Source: Alphaproteobacteria bacterium (GTDB lineage Bacteria; Pseudomonadota; Alphaproteobacteria; UBA828). Taken from it: 64,000 bases of DNA. Of the stretch, positions 38,717 to 48,892 are shown piece after piece. Below the pieces are notes generated by a model that saw only the letters and a list, made by a program, of their open reading frames with translations, was not told the DNA's origin and did no database searches. Where the stretch lies: the NCBI GenBank assembly GCA_965214705.1, contig OZ243972.1, forward strand, positions 1,888,001 through 1,952,000. Direction: 5' to 3'. The translations under genes were made by a program, and so were the position numbers. Each line of letters starts with the position of its first letter. The stretch's first letter is position 1.

Positions 38717-39196
38717 ATGAGCTTCGGCATGAACCGCGTGGAATTGATCGGCCGCCTGGGCGCCGACGTCACCGTCAACCACCTGATGAGCGGCGGCCGT
38801 GTCGCCAATCTCAGCATCGCCACCGACGAATCGTTCATCGACAAGACCGGCAACCGGGTCGACAAGACGGAGTGGCATCGCGTCGTCACCTTCCAGGACG
38901 GCCTGATCGACATGCTGGTGCGGCACGCGAAGAAGGGCCGCCTGGTCCACGCCGAGGGCAAGTTGCAGACCCGGCGGTGGAAGAAGGACGGCGAGGACTC
39001 GGACCGCTTCTCGACCGAGATCCTGATCGTGCCCGGTCACAAGATCCAGTTTCTGGACAAGCCGAACGGGGCCAGCGGCAACGGCGCGCAGGCCGCGGCG
39101 GAGCCCGCGCAGGCGCCCGCGAGCGGCGAGGCGATGCCGGCGGGCGCCCCGGCGCAGGCTGGCAGCCTGGACCCGGACAGCGACCTCCCGTTCTGA
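38717..39196 (+). CDS. ssb: Single-stranded DNA-binding protein
   Basis: MNRVELIGRLGAD, TEWHRVV, EGKLQTRRW, acidic tail DSDLPF. Confidence 0.95.
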   Translation: MSFGMNRVELIGRLGADVTVNHLMSGGRVANLSIATDESFIDKTGNRVDKTEWHRVVTFQDGLIDMLVRHAKKGRLVHAEGKLQTRRWKKDGEDSDRFSTEILIVPGHKIQFLDKPNGASGNGAQAAAEPAQAPASGEAMPAGAPAQAGSLDPDSDLPF

Positions 39197-39403
39197 ATCG
39201 TCAACTGTCTCTCCTCGCCTCGGGGGCGGTGCTTCGGCGCCGTCCCCGTTTTTCGTGCAGCGGGTCCGGAGACCGAACCCCCGATCACGCAGGCCGCGCC
39301 GGGCGGCCCGGTCACGGAGTGGAGGAAAGCCAAGAGTGGGCGAACGCCGCGAGGAGGGAGGGAGAGGCCCCTGCCTCGCGCGGCATCGGACAGGGAGCAC
39401 CAC

Positions 39404-39631
39404 ATGACCGACATCGCCTTCAAGCGCATCACGCCGGAAGAGTCCCGCGTCTATTTCGACGGCGACCTCGTCGGCGAGGTCCATCGCCAGGACGACATCC
39501 TGAACCCGGGATCGCACTTCTACGTTGCGCATCTGTCGGAGGACCCCCGCGGCCCGGTGCGCATCCATAAGCGCTCGCGCATACGCGAGGTGGTCACGCG
39601 GCTCGTCGTCACCCATCCTCTGTGGAACTGA
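39404..39631 (+). CDS. Small hypothetical protein
   Basis: CAGGGAG RBS; 75 aa. Confidence 0.6.
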   Translation: MTDIAFKRITPEESRVYFDGDLVGEVHRQDDILNPGSHFYVAHLSEDPRGPVRIHKRSRIREVVTRLVVTHPLWN

Positions 39632-40025
39632 TCCGCGATGGCAGGCGCGGTCAGCCGGGTCGCGCGGTCCACGCGCCGCTTGCCTACGCCGTGCCCGCCG
39701 CGAGGCCGTGGGGCGGTGCGGGTGGAGAGAATGGGCGGGGCGACGTGATCTCCCATTGTGACCCACGTGCTCGCGCAAGCAACCCTGCGGGTCCTCCGGT
39801 CGCTCCGCTCCCTGCGGCCTGGGCAAGAAGCTCTAGGGGCGGACCGTGAAAGTCGCCGACCGTGAAGATCGCGGAGCGATCTTCCGCACCACTCGACGAC
39901 TTTCCGCACCACTCCGCCCCAAGAGCTTCTAAGCCCAGGTGCTTCCGCTGCGCGCGCGGTTCCCAACAGGACATCACGTCGGGGCACACGCTCCGATCCG
40001 TGCAACTTCAGATCGGGAGAGCGTC

Positions 40026-40955
40026 ATGACCACCATCGAGAACATCGACACCATCGAAGCGCGGGACGCGTCCATCACCGCCACTGTCTGCGACAACGCA
40101 GCGCTCTACGGCGCGGCTCCCGAGCGCGACGAGTTCGACACCCGCGAGGTCTGGGACGAGGACGACGCCATCGAGGCCGTCCTCGAATCCTTCCGCATCC
40201 TCAGCCAGGGCGTCGGGCCCGACGGCTTCCAGCTCGCCGACGAGCGCGAGAGCCTGCTCTGGGGCTTCGTCAACATGCTCGACAGCCAGACCAAGAGGCT
40301 CGACCGTGCCGCCGACAAGCTGACGCCGCAGCTGCGCGACCTCCAGCGCGACCAGGACGGCACCGAGATCAAGTCGCTCGAACTCGAACTCCTCACCAGC
40401 CGCGCGCACAACCTCGGCGACCGCCGCGACGCCTTCGAGCGTATGCGCGACGAGGCCGCCGACGCCTATCGCGCAGACACCGGCAGCGTGTGGCGGCCGC
40501 GCCGGGGATCGCACACCAGCCAGACCGGCAGGCTCACCTCCGCCGCCATCGACGCCCGCGACTTCATGCGCGCGAGGAAGGACCGAAAGACCATGGCGCA
40601 TCTGCCGCAGGGAACGCTGGTCGCCATCGCCGGCGGCAAGGACGTTGCCGACCCGGCGGCGGTGATCGCCAAGCTCGACCAGGCCCGCGCCAAGTACAGC
40701 GACATCGTCATCGTGCATGGCGGCGGCCCCGGCGTCGAGAAGATCGCCGCAAGCTGGGCCGAGCGCAACGGCGTCCACCAGATCGTCTGCAAGCCCGACT
40801 GGGACCGCCACGGACGCGCCGCACCGTTCCGCCGCAACGAGGAACTGCTCAACCTCCTGCCCAAGGGCGTCATCGCGTTCCCCGGCAGCGGCATCACCGA
40901 GAACCTCGTCGACCGCGCGCGGCAGCTCGGTATCCCGGTCCTCAAGGCGGCCTAG
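40026..40955 (+). CDS. DUF2493 / YspA-like SLOG domain protein, copy 2
   Basis: C-terminal half nearly identical to 7235-8314. Confidence 0.85.
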   Translation: MTTIENIDTIEARDASITATVCDNAALYGAAPERDEFDTREVWDEDDAIEAVLESFRILSQGVGPDGFQLADERESLLWGFVNMLDSQTKRLDRAADKLTPQLRDLQRDQDGTEIKSLELELLTSRAHNLGDRRDAFERMRDEAADAYRADTGSVWRPRRGSHTSQTGRLTSAAIDARDFMRARKDRKTMAHLPQGTLVAIAGGKDVADPAAVIAKLDQARAKYSDIVIVHGGGPGVEKIAASWAERNGVHQIVCKPDWDRHGRAAPFRRNEELLNLLPKGVIAFPGSGITENLVDRARQLGIPVLKAA

Positions 40956-41761
40956 ACCGCAACGCATCGCGGGCCGCGTCGTCTTCCCGGCATCGGGACG
41001 GCGGCGCGGCTCGTTCTCTTCGCACCGACCGTCTCGCGTCTGTACCGACCACCGCGCGCGCGCTTCGCGCGGCGCTCAATGCGCAGCCTGCCCCGGACTG
41101 CGATCCGGGGTCTCGCTTCGCTCGCTGTCGGCGCTGCGTTTCGCGTCCATGTCACGCGCTGCCGCACCGCTCGGCACGGTGCTTCGCACCGGTGCCCTCG
41201 CTCGCGAAGGCCGGATCGCCCGCATCAATCGCCGCGGCGGCTCCGAACCTCATCGCTCGGCGACGAAGATTCCCACATTGCTCATGCTGCACGAATTGAC
41301 CGCTCCTACCGCCGGAGCGGTCTGGTTCGTACACCCGACGCATCACGATGCAGGGGGTGCCGGAGCTGCGACTGCCTGCGAGGAGCTGCGACCGGCTACC
41401 ATAAATCGTAGCCGAGTGTATCTCTCGCGTGCCGGGAAAAGACGGCACGAATCGCGACCAGGGGGCAGCGAACCGTAACGCGCAGATAGTGTTTCATTAT
41501 CAACAGGTTAGAGACGGCACCGTAACACTGGACACCGCCCGAGTTTCCGCGCGGTGTAGGCAATCCCCTGCATGGTCGCGATCTGTGCCAGGCCCCATCG
41601 CCCGCCCGACCTCCCGAGTCGACGAGATACGCCCGCCAACCGGTCTCGCCGCGGACCGAAACGCGGTAGTTTTCCTTCCCGAAAGAGCTGCCTGCCTTGC
41701 GCGAATTGCGAGAAAAGTGGCTCATCTAAGCCAGAAGGCCGAACGGAATCGAGACCGGGCC

Positions 41762-42085
41762 ATGACCGACACGACCGACAAAGCACAGCACAGACGCATC
41801 CGCGTGCTCCCCGAGCAGTGGGCCCGGATCGAAAACGCCGCCCGAGGGACGAGCCGCACGGCGAACGAGCTCGTGATCGACCTCGCATTAGAGGCGCTCG
41901 ACAGGCGCGAATGGCCGCGTACCGAGGCGGAAATCCATCTTCTCCGTTCCGCGATGTTCACCGCCCAGGCGATCATCCGGGACATGGAGAAGGACGGCCG
42001 CCACGACGAGATTGAGGCGATCAGCCGCACCATCTCCGAAGTCGCACCGGAATTGTCCAGCGAGGTCCCGCGGATTCGAAACTGA
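41762..42085 (+). CDS. Putative RHH DNA-binding protein
   Basis: RRIRVLPEQWARIENAARG..RTANELV; tail resembles the 732 protein. Confidence 0.6.
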   Translation: MTDTTDKAQHRRIRVLPEQWARIENAARGTSRTANELVIDLALEALDRREWPRTEAEIHLLRSAMFTAQAIIRDMEKDGRHDEIEAISRTISEVAPELSSEVPRIRN

Positions 42086-42216
42086 TAGCCGAGCGCCTTC
42101 CCCCCTGCGCGAAAATGTCAATATCCCTTCGCGGTGGAGTGATTCCGCCAACGGTCATACCCGCCGAATTTGCGATAGGACCCCCTATGGCTCTCATGGG
42201 CCCGGTCCAATAGGGG

Positions 42217-43674
42217 CTATTGCTCCCGTACACGGTTCCATCGGGCGGAAACGCCGTGCCCTCTGGACGCCGCTAGCCCGAGCTCTCTCAATCGAGCCAA
42301 TGCCCTCTTGACCTGACGGACGCTCACCGATGCGGGCAAACGCGCACGTATTTCGCGGAGCGCTAGAGGACGGTCAGCTTGGTCCAGAAGACCGAGGATG
42401 TCCCGCTGCCCCTCACTCAATTTCGGCAATTGAGAATTTGCTTCATCGGTAACAGCAATATGCTCTCTGACGATATGCTCTCTGACGATGACATGGACCG
42501 GCGCCGTGGAGTGGCGGAAACGCACCGTCACGCATCCCCCGGCGTCCTCGATTTCGGGCTGTGGCAGTCCGGCCGCGATTGTCACTTCCGCCATCTTCAG
42601 AGTACCACGGCCCCAGCGCTCGATGATGCCGCGCCGGTAGAAGGCATCGGCAATCAGCGGATTCCAAGGTATAGACTCGTGCGGCGCAAACAGCTTTTCG
42701 GGCGTCAGCCCGAAATGCAGCATCCCCGTCGACGTGATTTCCAAACGGTCATCGTAAATCGCCACACCGATGGAACCTCCGCCGATCGAATAGTCGCGAT
42801 GGCAGAGCGCGTTCGCCAAGGCTTCGCGCGTCGCCAACGGAGGAAAGAGCGGTTCGTCGATGCGCTCAATGCGGCCCTCCTCGATGCGACCGGCAATGGG
42901 CAGGCTATCACGCAGGAAGCGTTCGGCGGCCCGGAGCAAGGAGAATGTGTTGCCGTGGAATTGCCGGTTGTCGAGAAACTCCGTCCTGTCGATGCCCCTG
43001 AACCGAGCAACCCGAAGAAGGCACTGCGGCATGTCGAACCCAATCCGGTCCTCGTTGCCGAACAACGTGACCGCCGCACGCCACAATACTCCATCCCGAA
43101 ACAGCCCTAGACCGCGAAGTAGGTCGTGAGTGTCGCGCGTACCGGGATCCTCCAGCCGACCCCGGCGCACCGCCTCTTCCACAGTGGCGCGGATTTCATT
43201 CGCATCCAAGTCGTTGATCGACCATCCCTCGGCGGGCTGGTTCTCCCAGCGCCGCTCGCTATGCATGCGCTCGAATAGCAATCGTCGGTATTCATCCGCG
43301 CGCATTTCCACCGTGGTGTTGCCCACGCGCCGATACGCGGTGCCTCGATACATGTATGGACCCGCTTGCCCTCGTCCGACGGTGACGGCGACAACTTCAT
43401 GGCTTTCGTCGACCTGCATCCGTTCGATCGCCGGAAAGGCGGGTGGGTCAATCCTCGCAAGTTCGGCGCTAATTTGCTCGATGGTGCGTTCGCTCACCTG
43501 CTGGCCGACCACCCGCCCTTCCGGGGCAACGCCAAACAGAATCTGTCCTCCCTGCTGGTTGAGCATGGCGCAGACGGTCATTGCCGCTTCTCGGCGCGTA
43601 CCCGTCGTGCTCTTGAACTCGAGCGTTTCGGATTCGCCCGCCGCAATCATCCGCGCGATCCGCTCGACAGTCAT
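42217..43674 (-). CDS. Schlafen/AlbA_2 domain protein with HATPase_c_4-like domain and C-terminal HTH
   Basis: GESETLEFK, VCAMLN..GG.ILFGV, REALANALCHRDY, DRLEITS.G, NPLIA..F...IERWGRG. Confidence 0.88.
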   Translation of the reverse strand: MTVERIARMIAAGESETLEFKSTTGTRREAAMTVCAMLNQQGGQILFGVAPEGRVVGQQVSERTIEQISAELARIDPPAFPAIERMQVDESHEVVAVTVGRGQAGPYMYRGTAYRRVGNTTVEMRADEYRRLLFERMHSERRWENQPAEGWSINDLDANEIRATVEEAVRRGRLEDPGTRDTHDLLRGLGLFRDGVLWRAAVTLFGNEDRIGFDMPQCLLRVARFRGIDRTEFLDNRQFHGNTFSLLRAAERFLRDSLPIAGRIEEGRIERIDEPLFPPLATREALANALCHRDYSIGGGSIGVAIYDDRLEITSTGMLHFGLTPEKLFAPHESIPWNPLIADAFYRRGIIERWGRGTLKMAEVTIAAGLPQPEIEDAGGCVTVRFRHSTAPVHVIVREHIVREHIAVTDEANSQLPKLSEGQRDILGLLDQADRPLALREIRARLPASVSVRQVKRALARLRELGLAASRGHGVSARWNRVREQ

Positions 43675-46600
43675 GGACGTTCTCCACCCGGCCGCTCCTC
43701 CGGTGCGGAAAAGGGGCAAGGAAGGCGAGCAACGATGGCCACAGTTTCCACGCTGACGTGGACGATCCGGCGGAACGCCGCGATCAAATCGCGCGGATCG
43801 TCGAACCAGCGGTTCGGGTCGTTGATGATGCCGCTCCGGTTGTCCCGCACGATCCGGTAGCGGTCGATGAACCATTCCAGGGGCGTTCGTCCGTTGACTT
43901 GGTACTCGTGAGCCCGCGGCGGGATACCTTTGAGGCGCAGGTATTCGTTAACAGTAAGGACCGTTCTTTCATCGTCCTCGAACCGCATTGCCCGCGCTCC
44001 GATCCTGAAATGTTCGGGTTCCGGTTCGCTCGGCGAGAGGAATTCCAATTCGAGCGGGTGTTCCGGACAGGTCTCGTAGCCGAGATGCAGCTCGGCCAGT
44101 CGACGGCCCGCTTCCGCAAAGGCACGAAAATCGTCGGCGAGCGGGACGCGCGGCAATTCCTTGGCGAGGTCGTTGGCGAAGCGTTCCCGGTAGTCCGGCG
44201 CATGCAGGACGCCGTAGACATAGTCGAAGATGGCGTCCTTTGTTATCGCGTTGTCACCATAGCGCACCCGGAACGCACGGAGCGCAGTGTCGGAAATGTT
44301 GTCGATTCGCTCCGGCGGCGGTCCCATGCCGGGCAAGCTCTGCTGGCCGCTCCGGCGCTCGTAGCGGTATCGGGGGAAGCATTGGCAAGCTTCTTCCACG
44401 AAGTGGAGGTCTGGCATTGTATCGACCACGAGGGCAGCAAAGGGCCTTCTTGAGCCAACCGCCGGCACGCAGATGGCACAGTTCTCGCTGTCGCCTTCCG
44501 GGAAGATACTGTCCAACTGGTACTTCCTCTGCGCGAACAGATGGTCGACATAGCAATGCTGTTTAGCAAAAGGACGGTATTGCGCGCTCCAAAGCTTGTC
44601 TTGGGAATATTCGACGGGTTCTTGCCGAAGTAATCTGCTCTTTAGCTCGCTATCCCATCGGAGATTGGACGAATGCCGTTGTGTGATGTCATCGACGACG
44701 GAACTCAATTCAACTTTTGACTCGGGATTCTCCTTCCACTCGTCTAACGCTTCTTTCAACTCCTCCAACGCATCCACATAGTTGTCTACCATCTTCCGGG
44801 CAATCTCGGCGCACACCTCTCGGGGGGTGTAGTTCTCGTATGGCGATGATTGACTCGGCTTGATCCATGAGTTCCTGCGGTGCGGAGCATCCTCACCTCC
44901 CGGTGACGCCCACTGTCGTGACAAAAGCCCGCCCTGGAACGGGCGATTGTCACGAAACTACGATTTCGCCTGTTTGCCTCGACCCATGAACCACGTTGTA
45001 TCAATGGCTTACGATTGCCATACGAGAACTACACCCCTCTCGGGAATAGTTGTAGACATACGTATCGCGACCAGTCTTGTAGCCGTTGCTGAATAGTCTG
45101 AAGATGGGCTCGTCCGTCCTTCCAGCCTTGGCCTCCTTCGAGCCCATCGCATAGAGTGACCGGAACGCCTCGTCGCGCTGGCCGATCCAGTCATGGTGCC
45201 GATCCGGGACAATCTCATCCCAGCTCTCGATGCCAGCAACCGAACTCCACTCGCGCAGCATCTCGAGCTTGTCCTCGCGGGAAAGATAGTCGCCGATGTC
45301 GCGATACAGGATGCGGCAGCCTTCATGCGTCGCATCTGGGTTTTTCGCGAGGATCGTGATTGCGACCGGCGCGCGGGAGCCTTGGCCGAATACCTTGCCG
45401 CCTTCCCGGCGCGAGCGCTCGCCTTGTGTCCGTTGGTTTCCCCGAAGATTCACGACGTAGATCGAGCTGAACTCCTCCGCCAGACAAGCCCGCACGCCGG
45501 AGTCGACACTGCCGTATAGCCAGTAGCCATTGGTTACGAACGCGATCACGCCCCGGTCGCCGATGCGATCCGACGCCCAGCGGATCGCCATCTTGTACGT
45601 ATCGTACAGGCTGTTCTTGTTGGTTGATGTGGAATGAGAAGCATAGGTATCCGCCACACGTGCTTCGAGTTCGGGATAATCCACGTTCGGATTGTCGTCG
45701 GCCGAACTCCTCTGCCCTGCCGACCAGGGTGGGTTGCCGACTATGACCTGGATGGGCAGCTTCTGCTGACGTTCGGCGCGTTCGCTGTTGTCCGGGAGCC
45801 AGTCCTTCGGGAACCCCGCGCGGCCGGAGTGCAGGTTGAAGGTGTCGGTGAGCACGATTCCGCCGAACGGCTCGTAGTCACCGTCATCGCCTGCTCGGCC
45901 GTGAAACGCCTCTTCTATATGGATGGCAGCGATATAGTAGGCGAGCAGGACAAGCTCGTTGGCGTGAAGCTCCTCCGAGTACTTGCGTTTAAGGTCAGCG
46001 TCGCGAATCAGTGCTGACTGCAACAGCCGAACAAGGAAGATGCCTGTTCCAGTGAAGGGGTCGAGCACATGGACTCCTTCGTCGGTCAGACCCCGGCCGA
46101 ACTCCGAGCGCGCCACGTGATCGGCGCTGGCCAAGATGAAATCCACGATCTGGACCGGCGTGTAGACGATGCCGAGCCGATCCGCGTCCTTCTTCATCGC
46201 AGTGGAGAAGAACTTCTCATACAACTCCATCAGCACGCGCTGGCGCGCGGCAGGGTTGTCCAGGCCACGTGCACGGAGTCGCACACTTTCATAAAACCCC
46301 TCCAGATCGCGGGTTTCGTTTTCCAGCCCGAACTCCCCGAAATCGCGCCGCAGCGCATCGAGCGCCCGGGCAACCGGATTGCCGCCGGCGAAGTCGTAGC
46401 CCTCGAACAGCGCCTCGAACACCGGACGGGTCAGAATGTGCTGCGCCATCATGTCGATGGCGCTCTCGGTTGTGATGGATTTGTTGATCGACACCTTGAG
46501 TTCGGCGTGGAATGCCTCGAACCATTCGCTCAGTGTCTCGTTGCCGGGGTCGGCAAGCAGGCCGCCGATGCGCGTCACCAGGCGCGAGAAGATGTCCGCG

Positions 46601-48684
46601 ACATCCTTCGCCCAGCTCTCCCAGTATTTCCGGTCGCCGCACTTCTCGACGATCCTCGCGTAGATTGCGCCCGGTGGCAGATCGAGCGGGGGGAACGCAA
46701 GCTCGGGCGAGTCGGGGATGGTCTCCCCGTTGACGCCATCCCGGCTGAAGATGATCCGGTCCGTCGGTCGGTCATTCAGATCGATCTGATTAATCTCGGC
46801 ATCGAGGCGGTCGTCATGCGAGCGAAGCGCGCGAACAACGCTCCAAACGACGTCGAACTCCTTGCCGCTGTCGAGGACCAGCGCCGGATCCCGCCCCTCC
46901 GGCACCGCGATCGGGAGCACAATGTATCCGTAGGTCTTGCCTTCGGCCCTGCGCATGGCGCGCCCGACGGCCTGCACGATATCGACGATGCTCTTGCGCT
47001 CGGTCATGAAGATCACCGCATCGAGCGCCGGCACGTCGATTCCCTCCGAGAGGCACCGCGCGTTGGACAGGATGCGGCAGGCGCCTCCAGTCGTGCTCTT
47101 CAGCCATTCGATGCGCGCTTTGCGGTCGAGCGCGTGATGCTGTCCGTCCACATGCCGGGTCTCGCACCGGAACGCCGTGGTGCGCTCGCCCTCCGGCAAC
47201 AAGGCCGCGGCTTGCTCGACAAGGCCGCCCCAATGCTTCGCCAGGAGTTCCGACGACTTGATTCTGTCCGTGAACGCGATCGCACGCTGCAAGGGTCGGC
47301 CGGGTCCGTCTTCCGGCCGTCGATTCTCCGGGTTCTGCAATGCCCGCCAGCAGCCGACGATGCGGGCGGCGTCGCTGAGGTTGATCGCACCCCCGGAGGA
47401 AGCCAGATGGGCCTGCAAGGCCCTGTCCACATGGCTTTCCGACAAGGCGAGAACGACGACCTTGTAGTCTGACAACAGGCCCTGCTCGACGGCCCGCGAG
47501 AATGGTAGCCGATGGAACTCGGGCCCGTAGGTCGCCTCGTCGTCCATCGAGAACACCTCGACGCCGTGTGTTGCGGCCCTTGTCTTCGCCCCCTCGGCAT
47601 AAAGGCGCGGCGTCGCCGTCATGTAGAGGCGTCGCACGGCTAGTATGCGCCCGGCGTCATGCACGAGGACGAACGGCGACGTCTTGTCACCGGGGCGTTC
47701 GATCCCCGTCGTCCGGTGCGCCTCGTCGCAGAGAATGAGGTCGAACGCCGGTGCGCCTTCGTCCTGCGCCCGCTCGACCAGACCGAGCGAGTGATAAGTG
47801 CAGAACACGACGGTCATGGTATTCGAAGGCACCCGCAACGCCTTGCCGATCATGGATGCATCGGTCGTGACGGGGATTTCCAGTTCGAGAAACGAGGCGT
47901 CCTCGTCAGTCCGTCCGGCGCGAGTATCCGAGCAGATGCCGACGTAGCGGTGCGCCAGTTCGCGCTGTTCCGCCCATTCGCGCATCGATTGCTGGAACAG
48001 GGAGATCGAGGGAACGAGGTAGAGCACCCTGCCTCCCTCGCCAGCGATCGCTTCGGCGATGCGCAACGCCGTGAAGGTCTTGCCGGTGCCGCATGCCATG
48101 ACCAGCTTGCCGCGGTCGCGGTCCGCGAATCCCTTCAGCACATTTTCGAACGCCCGTCGCTGGTGTAGCCGCAGGCTGAATGGCTCACGCCGAAAGGCCA
48201 GGTCTTCGGGTTTCTCGCGAACCAAGTCCGGCCAGTCGAACGGGCGGCTCGCTAGATCGCCAAACCGGAGCACGGAACACGCAGGCTTCAGTCCGGTGAT
48301 CGTCTTGACCGCGTTCGTCCCCCATTCGTCTCCGGTGTCTACGACGATTCGCGCCGTGAACGGTTCACGCGCCGACGCAGCGATGAAGGAATCGAGCTCG
48401 GCCTTCGAAATCCTCGTGCCCGGTGCGTAGCACTTGCATTGAATGGCGCAATGGCCGCCTCCCCGCTCCTCGGCAACGAGATCGATGCCGGTGTCGGCAC
48501 CGTCGAAATCATGTCGGGTGGCGGCCCATTCGGACCACAATTCCACCTGATCGAACCGGTCCCGGTAGAGCGGATCCTGCTCGAAATACGCCTTCATCAA
48601 CCGCTCGAACAGGCGGCCCTTCTCGGCCTCGGTCCCGGCGATCGACCGAATGTGGTCGAGGACGCGCTGGAAGCCGTCACTCAT
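43671..48684 (-). pseudogene. Type ISP restriction-modification enzyme (LlaGI/LlaBIII-like) split by a MITE into ORFs 45001-48684 and 43671-44924
   Basis: Mrr-like DTGIDLVA...IQCK; helicase MACGTGKT, DEAH, MTAT, QAVGR; MTase LDPFTGTG, NPPW; TRD YRPF, IFDYVYGVLH...ELPRVP; MITE removal restores ...YNYSREVCAEIAR... and a 1597-aa frame. Confidence 0.9.
44824..45037. mobile_element. 214-bp non-autonomous MITE
   Basis: Inverted repeats GGGGTGTAGTTCTCGTATGGC / GCCATACGAGAACTACACCCC; 6-bp duplication TCTCGG (44818-44823, 45038-45043). Confidence 0.9.
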
Positions 48685-48892
48685 TCAAAGATTCCGTTCA
48701 AGCGGCGGTAGGGACCGGGTTGGCGGGTGGTGCATGTTCGTTTCTCGCTTGTCCGCGGTTTGTAAAGCACTTCAGTTCTTTGTTGTGTCATGTCAGGGCC
48801 GTTATTGGCCTTCTGATAGGACGGAGTATCGCTGCCCCGTCCGGGCGGACGATGTCTTCAGACTGCTTCCGATAGTCAGTCACAGAGTGGCC

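Noticed and set aside
45001-45030. Programmed frameshift or intron in the Type ISP gene
   Set aside because: Fully explained by a MITE with inverted repeats and a target duplication
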